Part shown: piece by piece, positions 1 to 11,314 of the stretch | Position numbering within the stretch: position 1 is the stretch's first letter | How the letters are laid out: every line of letters starts with the position of its first letter | Origin: an uncultured Gemmatimonadaceae bacterium | Lineage (GTDB): Bacteria; Gemmatimonadota; Gemmatimonadetes; Gemmatimonadales; Gemmatimonadaceae | Reading direction: 5' to 3' | DNA: 64,000 nucleotides | Assembly (NCBI GenBank): GCA_963829055.1 | Contig: CAWHHI010000004.1 | Location: 288,001 to 352,000, forward strand | The notes under the pieces: generated by a model | What the model was told of the DNA's origin: nothing | The model's input: only the letters and a program-made list of their open reading frames with translations | Database searches by the model: none | Program-made: the position numbers and the translations under genes

Positions 1-775
1 CCATGGAGCACAACCGGATGTACACGTCGCAAAACGCGACCGAGAAGAGGCTCATCCACGCGAACCGCATGTGCCGCTTGTTGAGCGCCGTGCAGCCGGC
101 GTAGAGACGTTGACGTACCGGTCGCCCCGCGAGACGGTCGAGGTAGCCGCCGATCACGTGCCGGAAGGAGTGGCAGCCTAACGTGTAGCTCGAGAGCAGC
201 ACCACGTTCACAGCGAGCAGAATCGTCCCGAGCCCGATGCCGAAGTGCCTCTGGCCGGTGGTCGGATCAATGAACCACATCGCCTTCCAGACATCCCACG
301 CGAGCAGGAAGAGGAACACGACCGCGACGTACAGGAAGTAGCGGTGGACGTTCTGGATGATCAGCGGGAACGAGCTCTCGCCGCGGTACGACTTGCGCGG
401 CTCGCCCACTGAACATGACGGCGGATCCGCCCAGAACGCCTTGTAGTACGCGCCCCGGTAGTAGTAGCACGTGAAGCGAAACAGTCCGGGAAATGGCAGG
501 ATCAGCAAGGCGGGCGAGAATGGAGCCCAGCCCGGCCACCAGCCCGGCTTCGGACCGAACCACGCGTGCGGCGAGTCGCCGAACAGTTCCGGCGCGTAAA
601 ACGGCGAGAGGTACGGGCCGTACGTGTAATGCCCATTCTGAAACGCGGCCCATGTTGCGTAGACCACGAACGACGACAGGATCACGAAGACGACCACCGG
701 TTGAACCCACCACGCGTCGCGGCGAGCGGTCTCGCCAAAGCCACGCTGGATTACCGGCAGCTGCGCATGCGCCAT
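1..775 (-). CDS. Succinate dehydrogenase membrane anchor subunit, Rv0249c/SdhF type (runs off window edge)
   Basis: Not in ORF track (no stop in window). Manual translation from ATG at 775 (AGGGAGAG just upstream): MAHAQLPVIQRGFGETARRDAWWVQP...YLSPFYAP...FRFTCYYYRGAYYKAFWADPPSCSVGEP...FPLIIQNVHRYF...YTLGCHSFRH...LNKRHMRFAWMSL, motifs typical of this family. Confidence 0.75.
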   Translation of the reverse strand, partial: MAHAQLPVIQRGFGETARRDAWWVQPVVVFVILSSFVVYATWAAFQNGHYTYGPYLSPFYAPELFGDSPHAWFGPKPGWWPGWAPFSPALLILPFPGLFRFTCYYYRGAYYKAFWADPPSCSVGEPRKSYRGESSFPLIIQNVHRYFLYVAVVFLFLLAWDVWKAMWFIDPTTGQRHFGIGLGTILLAVNVVLLSSYTLGCHSFRHVIGGYLDRLAGRPVRQRLYAGCTALNKRHMRFAWMSLFSVAFCDVYIRLCSM

Positions 776-948
776 CAGACTCTCCCTGATCGAGCTCACG
801 AACTCGGCGGCTGCACCGCCCGGACGCGCGGCGCCCTGCCGCGCGTTCCGCGCATATTCACGCTCTCACCGCAACGGCTGTCAATGGCCGTCGTGGACTC
901 GTTCCGGGGCTGTGAAAGGCGAAGAAAAGTCAGGATGTACGGGTTGGG

Positions 949-1270
949 CCCGAGGGTATCCGGCATCGCGACCCACACCCACGGTTTCAGTACCGAGGGG
1001 TCAGTCGGGAGGTGTCATTCCGAGCGGAGCCGCGAAGCGGCGCAGTCGAGGAATCGCGATCGTCCCGGTAGAGAGCCGTCTACGAGCGGGAGTCTCGATT
1101 CCTCGACTCGCGGCCCTTCGCTCGCTCGGAATGACACGGCTTCGCGGCTCCGCTCGGAATGACGGCTTGGCGCCAAGCCCGCGGATACGCGGACTGAAAA
1201 TTGATGACTATGACTGAGCACTGACCCACTTGGAACCGGCCATGCCGCCGCCGGATGGCCGTGCCTCTGG
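949..1270. repeat. Left arm of long imperfect inverted repeat (partner 1844-2088), interrupted by a REP-like hairpin
   Basis: 962-973 GGCATCGCGACC is the reverse complement of 2064-2075; 989-999 of 2036-2046; 1181-1199 matches reverse complement of 1911-1929 at 18/19 nt. Confidence 0.8.
1012..1163. repeat. REP/MITE-like palindromic element, GTCATTCCGAG subfamily
   Basis: GTGTCATTCCGAGCG (1012) pairs with CGCTCGGAATGACAC (ends 1137); inner GTCGAGGAATCG/CGATTCCTCGAC stem; duplicated right end to 1163; inverted near-copy at 37990-38137. Confidence 0.85.
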
Positions 1271-1366
1271 CGCTTTGGCGTCCACGCTGGAGATTGGGCG
1301 CGAGCCACGAGGCCCGGATTGTGCGGCGACGCGACTCGCGGAACCCTCACGTTGGAGAACAGATCA

Positions 1367-1799
1367 ATGCGTGGGCGAAACTCCCTGGCGTTAGGTGTCG
1401 CCGTCGCCCTGGCGATGGGGTGTGCAGCGTCGAAGACGGCGACGCCGTCTACCGATCCAGAGGTGATCACGGCCGACCAGATCGCGCGGTCGAAGGCGAC
1501 CAACGCCTATGACGTCATCGCCACGATCCGCCCGCAGAATGTTCACCGCCCACGGTGCCCCGACGACGCGCGGTCAGCAAGCACCCACACCGGGCCGTCA
1601 GACGGCTCCGGTGGTGGTGTACATTGACAATGTGAGGGTCGGCGCCGTGCAGGAGCTCAAGGCGTTAGGCAAGATCGACGTGCGTGAGATCCGCTACCTG
1701 AGCCCTCGCGTCGCGACTGACCGGTGGGGAGAGAACCATGCCGGCGGGGTCATCTACGTGACGACCCTCCAGGCGGGTGGGCCAGATACGACGAATTAG
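1367..1799 (+). CDS. Lipoprotein with stand-alone TonB-receptor plug-like domain (one frame break near 1537)
   Basis: Signal with lipobox-like LAMGC, then EVITADQI...NAYDVIATIRP in one frame and PVVVYIDNVRVG...IDVREIRYLSPRVATDRWGENHAGGVIYVTT in the next. Confidence 0.7.
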
Positions 1800-1843
1800 A
1801 TACGACGAATTCGTCTGGCCTGTTCACCGGCTGCTTGCTGCAT

Positions 1844-2088
1844 CCAGAACGGCATCCGGCAGGGCCTGGCCAGTACCAAGTGCGTCAGTCGCTCAGTACG
1901 AGTCATCAGGTTTCAGTCCCCGTATCCGCCGGCTCCGGCTGCCGAGCGCTCGAGAGGCGAACCGCCGGTCCGCCGCGGCTCGGAGCGTACTACCTACCGA
2001 CAGACTCCGACTGAGAACCGATGACAAATGACTGACCCTCGGTACTCAGTGACCGATGGTGTCGGTCGCGATGCCAGGTACCCTCGGG
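1844..2088. repeat. Right arm of long imperfect inverted repeat (partner 949-1270)
   Basis: Manual alignment to the reverse complement of 949-1006 and 1172-1270. Confidence 0.8.
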
Positions 2089-2136
2089 GAATTTACAGGA
2101 TCTTACGACTGCGACAGCAGCTCGACTCGAAACACG

Positions 2137-3636
2137 TTAGGCCATCGCCGCCAGTCGTCGGGCGTCCCACCGCGCCATCTCGTCGCAGGCATCGCAGTTC
2201 CCGCACTCCCAGTCCGGCGCGAACTCCTCCCCGAAGTACTCGAGGATGTAGCGCGTGCGACAGTTCGCCGTCTGACAGAAGGCGATGATCGACCGGAGCT
2301 TCGACTGATCACGCGCCCGGCGTTCCTCGTAGTCCATGAGGTCCGCGCTCAGGTCGCACGCCACGAGATTGTTGCGCAGTCGCTCCCACCGACCGCCCCG
2401 ATGCTCGCGCACCAGGCCGTGCCGCTTGAGCAGCACCATCACGATGCGCGCCTTGCGATGCGGCACCCCTGACTGGTTCGCGAGATCATCGACGTGCACC
2501 GGCGTCTCGAGCGGCATCGCCTCGAGCACGAGCGCGACACGCGCCGCCTCTTCGACCTCCGGATACTTGCCGCCGAGGAAGTACGACTGGATGCGACGGT
2601 CCTCGACGCGGTAGAGCACCGTGCACACCGCCGGCAATCCGTCTCGGCCGGCACGTCCCGCCTCCTGATAGTACGACTCGACCGAGCCCGGGAAGTGGTA
2701 GTGCACGACGAAGCGAAGGTCCTGCTTGTCGATGCCTAACCCGAACGCGTTCGTCGCGATCATTGCCTTGAGGTCGCCGGCCATGAAGCGATCCTGCGTG
2801 CTGCGACGATCGGCAGCCGGCATCTTTCCGTGATAGAGCCCGATGCGATAGTCGTGACGCAGCTCTTCGTAGAGCCGCTCCGCTTCTCGAATCGTCGCGA
2901 GGTAGATGACGCCCGATCCCTCGGTCTCATCGAGAATGCGATGGAGCGCTTCATCCTTCACCGCATTGTTCACCGCGCGCACGACCTCGAAGCGCAGGTT
3001 CGGTCGCGCGAAGCCCGTCACCGTGATGTACGGATCGCGCATGCCGAGCTGCCGCGCGATGTCCGCACGAACTTCTTCCGTCGCCGTCGCCGTGAGCGCC
3101 AGAATCGGCGGCCGTCCGAGCCGCTGCGCGATGGAGCCCAGCGTTAGGAAATCAGGTCGGAAGTCGTGCCCCCACTGACTCACGCAGTGCGCTTCGTCGA
3201 TGACGAACAGGCTCACCGTCCGCGTCAGCAGTCGCTCGAAGAAGTCGCGGTCCTTGAAGCGCTCGGGCGTGACGTAGAGGATCGAGCCTTCTCCGTCCTC
3301 GATCTGTCTGTGCGTCTCGCGCGTCGCTGGTCCGGACAAATGCGAGTGCATGGCCATCGCGTCGACGCCCACCGCGCTCAACTTGTCCTGTTGATCCTTC
3401 ATCAGGGCGATCAACGGGCTCACGACGACCGTGAGCCCCGGTAGCATCAGCGCTGGCAGTTGGTAGATGAGGGATTTGCCGCTGCCGGTCGGCATGACGA
3501 CCACCGCGTCGCGCCCGTCGAGCAGCGCTTCCATCGGCTCCCACTGGCCGGGCTGGAACTCAGCGTGCCCGAAACGCTGCGTGAGGATCTCACGCGCGCG
3601 TCGCAGGGACGCGTGCTTTGTAGCATGCTTCGACAT
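2137..3636 (-). CDS. recQ: RecQ-family ATP-dependent DNA helicase
   Basis: Intact 499 aa [47 protein letters not shown]-terminal Zn motif CR...CGNCDAC; no HRDC domain seen. Confidence 0.95.
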   Translation of the reverse strand: MSKHATKHASLRRAREILTQRFGHAEFQPGQWEPMEALLDGRDAVVVMPTGSGKSLIYQLPALMLPGLTVVVSPLIALMKDQQDKLSAVGVDAMAMHSHLSGPATRETHRQIEDGEGSILYVTPERFKDRDFFERLLTRTVSLFVIDEAHCVSQWGHDFRPDFLTLGSIAQRLGRPPILALTATATEEVRADIARQLGMRDPYITVTGFARPNLRFEVVRAVNNAVKDEALHRILDETEGSGVIYLATIREAERLYEELRHDYRIGLYHGKMPAADRRSTQDRFMAGDLKAMIATNAFGLGIDKQDLRFVVHYHFPGSVESYYQEAGRAGRDGLPAVCTVLYRVEDRRIQSYFLGGKYPEVEEAARVALVLEAMPLETPVHVDDLANQSGVPHRKARIVMVLLKRHGLVREHRGGRWERLRNNLVACDLSADLMDYEERRARDQSKLRSIIAFCQTANCRTRYILEYFGEEFAPDWECGNCDACDEMARWDARRLAAMA

Positions 3637-3775
3637 AACGCTTGGTCGGTGGCACTTTCCGTTCCGCGCGTAACCCGCCCGCCTTTGTAGTCGAGCTCCC
3701 TCGCATTCGATACCAACTGGCGCCCCCTTTGCATTGCCTGCGTGCTCTCGAACGTTCTCGCTCGGAGGCTAAAGC

Positions 3776-3994
3776 ATGGCGGAGATCAAGGTCGAGCCGA
3801 AACGCGGCGGACTCGGATGGTTGTGGGCGATCATCGTGATCGCGCTGATCGCGGCGGCGGTCTGGTACTTCATGAACAACTCGCGGACAGTACCCGTGAC
3901 GACGCCGGCGGATTCCGTGCGGACGTCGATGCTCGACCAACCTACCCGCGTCGGGACGACGCGCCTCCTCACCAACGTCTTCGCGAGGGCGTGA
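3776..3994 (+). CDS. Small single-pass membrane protein
   Basis: GGAGG RBS upstream; MAEIKVEPKRGGLGWLWAIIVIALIAAAVWYF hydrophobic helix; stop 4 nt before the next start. Confidence 0.7.
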   Translation: MAEIKVEPKRGGLGWLWAIIVIALIAAAVWYFMNNSRTVPVTTPADSVRTSMLDQPTRVGTTRLLTNVFARA

Positions 3995-3997
3995 GCC

Positions 3998-4896
3998 ATG
4001 GCTGATCGAAAGAAGACGAATCGCAGCGTGAATCGCGGCATGCGCGACGAAGCCGGCGTCGGGCCGAATCCGGCCGACGCCCGCCGGCTCGTTCGTTTGA
4101 AGGAGCTCGATGACTACAAGGTCGCCGAAGGCGAGCCCGATATCCGCGGCTGGAACGTCTACACGGCGACCGGCCGCGAGCTCGGCGACATCGATGACCT
4201 CCTCGTGGACACCGAGCTCGGCGAAGTGGTGATGGTCGACGTCGATCTCAAGCGCGACGACCGCCACACGCTCGCGCCCATCAAGGCCGCATGGATCGAC
4301 CGCGACAATCGTCGCGTCGTGCTCAACACCTCGATGTTCGACGTCGATGACGCGATCCCAGCGCTCAGCCGACGTAACGAGCCGATCGAGAGCGAGTCCG
4401 TGCGACACTTCAATGAACGCTACGAGCGCGCCTACGGTGCCGACGGCTGGGATCGCGATCGCGACATCACGATTCGTCACGCGAACGACGACTTCCGTAT
4501 CTCGCGATCGGCACCCCCACCGCCAATCACGAGAGATCGCCCAGTCGACGTCACGCCGAGTCGCACCGCGGATACGCTCGAGCGCGCTGGCGACCGGACT
4601 GGCGCAGCGGTGGAGCGCGGTACCGAGCGAGTCGCCGATACGCATCCGCGGTCGCGACTTCGACCACGACCTGAGTCGTCGTGCGGAAGGCGACCTGCAG
4701 CCGGAGCGACGCCGCTTCGTTCGCTACGGGCCGTCTCGCGAACGCATCGTCGACGAGTGTCGTGGGGGGCCAACGACGCACCGACGCTGCCGACCTTTCA
4801 CCGGCCGAGACGGAGCGACTCCGCCAGGTGCAGGGTGATCTCACGACCGACGCGCGGGATACGCTCGTTCGGCCACCGAACGAGGAACGACGGTAA
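3998..4896 (+). CDS. PRC-barrel domain protein (frame breaks in C-terminal part)
   Basis: LKELDDYKVAEGEPDIRGWNVYTATGRELGDIDDLLVD is a PRC-barrel signature; the 550 aa ORF-track call drifts out of frame after about 4640; plausible end ...VRPPNEERR at 4896. Confidence 0.75.
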
Positions 4897-5650
4897 CTCC
4901 CACTCCTGCGCACACTCCCATCGCTGGCGATGGGAGCCACGCCTGGCGACGCGCGATCCTTCTCAGCGTCGCCGGGCTACTCCTGGCCGGCGCCATCGGC
5001 GCCATCTTCGCGCTCTGGGTCCAGTCGAGTGGGGACTGGCGTGTCGGCTTACCATGGGAGCGAGCGCTGCTCCTCAAAATCGACCGCTCGGTTCCGACCG
5101 CGGTCGACTGGGTGATGCTCGCGCTCCCGTGGCTCGGGACCAATCTCACGCTGCTCCCGATCACGGCGGTTGTCGCGCTGTGGCTCTGGCGAAAGAAGAA
5201 TCGCGGCGATCTCGCGCTCCATCTGATGGTCACTGTGATTGGCAGCCTCATCCTGAACGCGGTATTGAAGGACGTCGTTCAACAGGCCACGCCCGGAGCT
5301 CTGGCCGCACCGCGGACAGTACCAGTGGGCGGCGTTTCCGAGCGGCCACGCGATTGCGGGGATCGCGGTGTACTTCACGGGCGCTCGGATGCTCTATCAG
5401 GCTCGCGGGTGGCGATGGCCGTTCGTGCGTCGCCACTACGCTGCTCATGGTGAACCTGTATTCGCGACTGTACCTCGGCGTACACTGGCCGACGGACGTG
5501 CTTGGCGGGATCATCTGCTCGGAGTCGTCATGGCTCGGTCGCCACGCTGTACGCGTTCGCGGCAGCTCGAGCGACAGTATGGAGCGTCGGACGCATCGAA
5601 ACTACCACGGGCCAATCCGACCGGCGTTCCGCGGCGTTCTTCATCAATAG
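4893..5650 (+). CDS. PAP2-family membrane phosphatase (frame breaks; ends approximate)
   Basis: Across frames: LKD..NRPRP, FPSGHA, SRLYLGVHWPTDVLGG, the three PAP2 motifs, plus TM segments. Confidence 0.85.
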
Positions 5651-5741
5651 AAGGGGCCGGAGCGTAGCCGTCGAGCGACGCGGGAACTCGCGGTCGGCCA
5701 AGTCGGTACATTGCGCACTAACTCCCAACCGCGCGGCAACC

Positions 5742-6666
5742 ATGCTCATCAAGAAACCCGACGATCTGCGATCGTCCGAGATCACGCCGGAGAACCTCTA
5801 CTACGATCGCCGCGAGTTCCTGCGCGCCGCCGGACTGCTCGGCATTGCGGCAGCGACCCTTGGTGCCGTCGAGTCGGCTCAATGCCGCCACGCAGAACGG
5901 GCAGGAAAAGGACGAGCTCACGCCGTTCGAAGACGTGACGACGTACAACAACTTCTACGAGTTCGGCACCGACAAGAGCGATCCGGCCGAGAACGCGAAG
6001 GGGTTCAAGACGAAGCCGTGGACCGTGAAGGTCGAAGGGCTGGTGAGCAAGCCCGCATCGTACAGCATCGAGGACTTCATCAAGCCGTCGAAGCTGCGAG
6101 GAGCGCGTCTATCGGCATCGCTGCGTCGAGGCATGGTCCATGGTGATCCCGTGGCAGGGCTTCCCGATGTCGGATCTCATCAACCGCGTGCAGCCGCTGT
6201 CGTCGGCGCAAGTTCATCGAGTTCCAGACGCTGAACGATCCGCAGCAGATGCCTGGGCAGCGGTCGCCAGTCCTGCCGTGGCCGTACACGGAAGGGTTGC
6301 GGCTCGACGAGGCAATGCATCCGCTCGCGATCTTCGCGGTCGGGACTCTACGGCAAGACGCTGTTGCCGCAGAACGGCGCGCCGCTCCGCACGGTGATTC
6401 CGTGGAAGTACGGATTCAAGGCGACGAAGTCGATCGTGCGCATCCGGTTCACGGACAAGCAGCCGCGCACGGCGTGGAATCAGGCGACGCCTAACGAGTA
6501 CGGGTTCTACGCCAACGTGAACCCCGAAGTCGATCACCCGCGCTGGAGTCAGGCCAAGGAGCGGCGCATCGGCGAGTTCCGGAAGCGTCCGACGCTCATG
6601 TTCAACGGATACGCCGATCAGGTGGGCCGACTCTACCAGGGGCTGGACCTCCGCAAGAACTATTGA
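5742..6666 (+). CDS. msrP: Protein-methionine-sulfoxide reductase catalytic subunit MsrP (frame breaks)
   Basis: [27 protein letters not shown] (Tat), [68 protein letters not shown]. Confidence 0.95.
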
Positions 6667-7445
6667 TGGCGATCTGTGGCGTGGTCTCCGCCGCGCTGGC
6701 TGCGGCCGGTCGTCTTCGTCGTCTGTCTCATTCCGGCCGCGTGGGTCGATCGTCGCGATCGCGTCCGACTTCTTCAGCGGCACGCGGCTGCTCGGGTCGA
6801 ACCCGATCAAGGAAGCGGAGCACTTCACCGGGCGGTGGGTGCTCCGCTTCCTCATGTTCACGCTCGCCGTGACGCCGATCCGCCAGACGCTCGGGTGGAA
6901 CTGGCTGCAGCGGTACCGTCGGATGCTCGGGCTGTTCGCGTTCGCCTACGCGACGCTGCACCTGTCGATCTATTTCTTTCTGGATCTGGAGCTGGCGTGG
7001 GGCGATCTCTGGGCCGACATCGTGAAGCGACCGTACATCACGATCGGGATGGCGGCGTTCGCGTTGCTCGTGCCGCTTGCGGTCACGTCCACGGCGAAGA
7101 TGGTAAAGCGGCTGGGCGGTAAGCGATGGGCGGCACTGCACCGGATCGATCTACGTGATCGTCGTGCTCGGCACGATCCACTTCTGGATGGCGGTGAAGC
7201 GCGACATCACCGCTCCGCTCATCTTCGCGGCGATCTTCGCCGTCTTGTTAGGCTATCGTGTGGTGAACTGGCGTCGTCGAAAGTTGGCTGCAGCCGCGCG
7301 CGATCAGAGCGGTGATCCTGAACCGGCAACGGCTATGCCGAGTCAGTCGCGCCGGTTCCCGCATCCCACGGCGATTCGCCAGTCCCAGCGTCAGGCGGCG
7401 TCGATCCGGCCGTTGCGCGACCCGTGCTTTCCGACTCCGAGCTGA
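6666..7445 (+). CDS. msrQ: Heme-binding membrane subunit MsrQ (frame breaks; 3' end uncertain)
   Basis: Directly after msrP; NPIKEAEHFTGRW, LAVTPIR, RRMLGLFAFAYATLH, KRPYITIG, LAVTS...RLGGKRWAALHR. Confidence 0.92.
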
Positions 7446-7881
7446 ATCGCCGGAAACGTTCCGCTGATCTTCGCGGCTCCTCGCCGCATGAGCGACGAGA
7501 TGAGGATGAACGCCTCGGTCCACGCGCTTCGCACCTCCGGAGTGAACTTGTCGCCCAGCCCTTCCTCGAGCGTGCCCGATGAGCGCCGTGCCGACCTTCG
7601 CGTAGTGCTCATCCGTGACCCCGTACTTCGTGTGTCGCTCGCCGAGCTGCTTGAGCGCCGGAACCAGGCGTTCGGGGATGTCGAGCCACTGGACGATCAG
7701 GTCGAGCATCGTCGTGAGCTTGCGGATCTGCTGCATTCATGGACCGTTCCCGCGAACAAGGCTCGCAGGGTTCGGGTCGATCTCGAACAGCCGGCGATAG
7801 AAGATGGTGCCGACGATGCGGCATTCGGAGACAGCTGTCTTCCAGCTGTCGATCACGAGTTGTCTGCGTTCGGGATATCAT
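7391..7881 (-). CDS. Single-domain globin (flavohemoglobin-globin-like; frame breaks)
   Basis: Across frames: VIDSWK...IFYRRLFEIDP...QIRKLTTMLDLIVQWLD...LKQLGERHTKYGVTDEHYAKVGTALI.TLEEGLGDKFTPEVRSAWTEAF; no reductase domain follows. Confidence 0.85.
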
Positions 7882-8053
7882 TGGGTGCTCTATCGGTTCA
7901 GGCGTCGGCACGGTTCCGCGCTGCGCGCCGGAGTGACGTGCGCTGCGGGAAGTACGGTTCGACGACGACCAGTGCCGCTGCTCGTATTGCAGCGTCGTCG
8001 ACTGACAGCTAGTATAGCCCGCGCTATCACTCCGAAATCACCTCGCGAAGTCG

Positions 8054-11032
8054 TTGCGGCTAAACACTCTAGGCGGCGTCCGCGTCATCGCGGACGGGAA
8101 TGTGGTCGCTGGGGCCGCGGCGCAACCTCGACGTCTCGCGGTGCTCGCACTGCTCGCGCGCGCCGGCCGGGCGGGCGTGACGCGCGAAAAGATCCTCGCG
8201 CTTCTCTGGCCGGACGAGGCCGAAGAGCGCGCCCGCCGCTCGCTCAACCAGGCGGTCTACTCGCTGCGCCGAGACCTCGGCGCCGATGACACGCTCGTCG
8301 GCGACGAAGGATCTGAGGCTCAACCTCGACCTGCTCGAGGTCGACGTCATCGAGTTCGACGACGCGCTTCGAGTCGAACGACCTCGAGCGCGCCGTCCGA
8401 TTGTACGCCGGTCCGTTCCTCGACGGATTCTTCATTCCGCGAGCACCCGAGTTCGAGCGCTGGGTCGAAGGCGAGCGGGCCGTGCTCGCGCGTGACTACG
8501 CCTCGGCGCTCGAGAAGGTCGCCGATCGAGCGACGCAGCGCGGTGATGCGGCCGGTGCGGTCGCTCACTGGCGGAAGCTGGCCGCGACGGATCCGCTGAA
8601 CGCGCGCGTGGCGATGTCGCGTGATGCACGCGCTCGTCGCTGCGGGCGACGTGAACGGCGCGATTCAGCACGCACGGCTCCACGAGGTACTGCTCGATCA
8701 GGAGCTCGGGCTCCCGCCGGATCGCGATATCGCCGCGTTCGCGCGTCAGCTTCGGACGAGGTCCGCGACCGTTGGCAATGCCGCGCCCACGAACGAGGCA
8801 TCGCCGGTGGCGCTGCCGAGTCGGCGCCCGTCGCCACGATCAGCGCAACGTTGAACCCGACTGTGCCCGATCCGGCCGCATCGTCGAGCGATGTCGCGAT
8901 GGCTACCGTCGCTCCCACGGAACGTCGCCGTCGCCGCACACGCGCCGGCGACGACCCGTTCGTCGCGACGCCCGCCGCGCGTGGTGGATCGGCGGTGGGT
9001 CGGCCATTGCGGCCGCGCTACGTCGCGGTCGTCGGCAACGCAGCTGTCGAAGCCGCTCCGCACTCTCGAGCACGGCGTCGATTCCGGCAGCAGGTCGTCG
9101 CCGTCGGAGTCGATCAACGACTACGCGTCGGACGACTCGTCAGGCGTCGCGCGCGCGTTGCGCGACATGCTCGCGACGAACCTCGCACGGTCGCCGGAGT
9201 TGACCGTCGTGAGCGGATCACGACTGCTCGAGGTCGAGCGTCAGATGAACGGCGGAGCACCGTCGGTCGCCGGCGCGATCGTGCCGGTCGCTCGTCAGGC
9301 AGGTGCGACGACGCTCGTCGACGGCGCGCTCTACCTGCTTGGCGTGCGATACGCTGCGGCTGGATCTGCGCGTCACCAGCCTGCGGGATGGGAACGTGCT
9401 GCGCGCGTACACCGTGACCGGGCGCGATCCGTTCGTCCTCGCGGACAGCGCCACGGCGCGTCTCGTCGCTTACCTCGGCTACTCGGCGCCGCGCGGATCC
9501 GTCGCCGATGCGACGACACGCTCGGTGACGGCGTATCGACTCTACGAGGAAGGGCTCCGCTCGTATCTATCTCGGAGATCTCGCGTGCGTCCGCGACGAC
9601 TGTTCGACGCCGCGCTGACCGAGGACTCGACGTTCGCGATGGCCGCGTACTACTCCGCACTCGCGACGCGCACGAGCCGCGCGCGAGTACCTCCGCCGCC
9701 TGCGCCGTGCGGTCAGCGCTCGCTGGTCGCGCGAGTGATCGGGAGCGACTCATCATCGAAGGTGGATGGGCCGAGGCGAACAACTCGCTGTCGCTGCGGG
9801 CGATCGGAGAGACGCTGGCGGTTCGGTACCCGACCGAGGTGGAGGGCCACTACTACCTCGGGCGCGCGCTCGTGAACGGTGGCGCGTTCATGGATGCGAT
9901 CGTTCCGCTCGCACCGCGTGGAGCTGATGGACTCGCTGAGCCTCCGAGGTGGCGACGCGCGTTGCGCGTCGTGCGACGCGCTGCTCCAGCAGGTGGTGAG
10001 CTACGAGCTCGCGGACTCGCTGGCGGCTGCGGAGCGGGTGGTGCGCCGATGGATCGCCGCGACGGCCAGCCGACGTGGGTGGCGTACGTCGAGCTCGGGC
10101 GCGTACTGACTGCGGTTGGTCGCGTCGACGAGGCACTGTCGGTGTTCCGAACCGCGCGATTCGCTCGACGCGCTTGGAAGCCATTGGGAACCGCTGGCGA
10201 CGCTGTGGATCCGCACCGGCCAGTTCGCGCGCGCGGACGAGATGCTGCGCGGGGAGATCGCGAAGGGCGGGGACGAGGTCGAGGCGCACTGGTTTCTCGC
10301 GATCAGTCTGCGCCACCAGGGCCGGTTCAGCGAAGCGTTAGGCGAGGCGAAGGCCTACCGACGCGGCACCGCGGGGCTCGAGCGCGTGACTCCCGACGCT
10401 GCCGCAGCCGGCGGCGCTGCTCGAGGCGCAGGTGTTGCGCGAGCTCGGGCGATACCGAGAATCGGCGGCGCTGTTCGACTCGATCTCGCGGTTCCGTGTA
10501 GTTGGCGCCGAGCCGTCGGCGCTGGCGTCTGGTCGCGTGTGGTCGCTGACGCACATGGCGGGCGCCCTGGCGGCGGGCGGTGAGTCCGCGCGACTCGAGT
10601 CCCTCGCGGATACGATCGAGGTCTGGGGCGCGGGGAGCAATCTCGCCCGCGACAATCGGCTGCACCATCACGTGCGTGGGCTGCTGCTGGTGGCTCGCGG
10701 AAATGACTCTGAGCGCCGTAACGGAATTCCGCCACTCGATCTTCTCCATGCCCCTTGGCTACACGCGGACGAACGTCGAGATGGCGAAGGCGTTGATGCG
10801 GCTCGGCCGATACGCGGAGGCGGCGCAGGTTCTCGAGGCGGCGCTTCGCGGGTCACTCGAGGCGGCGAACCTGTACGCGACGCATAGCGAGATTCGACTC
10901 CTGCTGGCGGAGGCCTACCGCGGCGCCGACCAGCGCGATCGCGCGAACCAGCAGCTGGAGTGGGTGCGCCACGCGTGGGAGAAGGCGGACCCGCCGGTGC
11001 GCGCGCAGCTGGATGCCGCGATGCGGCGGTAG
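8054..11032 (+). CDS. SARP/BTAD-type transcriptional activator with TolB-like and TPR regions (many frame breaks)
   Basis: LNTLGG...QPRRLAVLALLA...REKILALLWPD...ARRSLNQAVYSLRRDLG; LYAGPFLDGF...EFERWVEGER; DPLNARVA; TTRSVTAYRLYEEGL; TPR-like helices to 11032. Confidence 0.85.
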
Positions 11033-11041
11033 TCAGCAGCG

Positions 11042-11148
11042 GCATCCCGAGCGTCAGCGAGGGACCTTCGAAGGCATCGTAGCAGTCTGGCCACTAGTAC
11101 TTCACAGAATTGCTCCGCTCAGGCAGTCTGGCGCTCCTCGGGATGACA
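11042..11148. repeat. REP-like palindromic element, GTCATCCCGAG subfamily (degenerate)
   Basis: GCATCCCGAGCGTCAGCGAGGGA ... CTCGGGATGACA; interior CAGTCTGGCCAC resembles CAGTCCGGCCAC in the 43780 copy. Confidence 0.7.
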
Positions 11149-11166
11149 CTCGGTGGCGCTGCGGAT

Positions 11167-11201
11167 AAAAGAAACCGCCGGGGTCACGGTCCCCGGCGGT
11201 T
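11167..11201 (-). terminator. Rho-independent terminator
   Basis: Stem AACCGCCGGGG (11173-11183)/CCCCGGCGGTT (11191-11201) followed on the minus strand by TCTTTT. Confidence 0.8.
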
Positions 11202-11314
11202 CTCTGATTGTTCAATGCTGCTCGTGCATCTATGTCGTTCGGCGTCTTGCCGATCCCGTTAGGGATCGAAGGCGCGTTGGTTAGAGCCCGGCTCGAATGA
11301 TCGGTCCGGGTGAA

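Noticed and set aside
3998..5650. 550-aa ORF as a PRC-barrel/PAP2 fusion protein
   Set aside because: The middle is out-of-frame Arg-rich text; two separate genes are joined by indels.
7391..7445. Convergent overlap of msrQ and globin as antisense regulation
   Set aside because: The msrQ 3' end is uncertain because of nearby indels.
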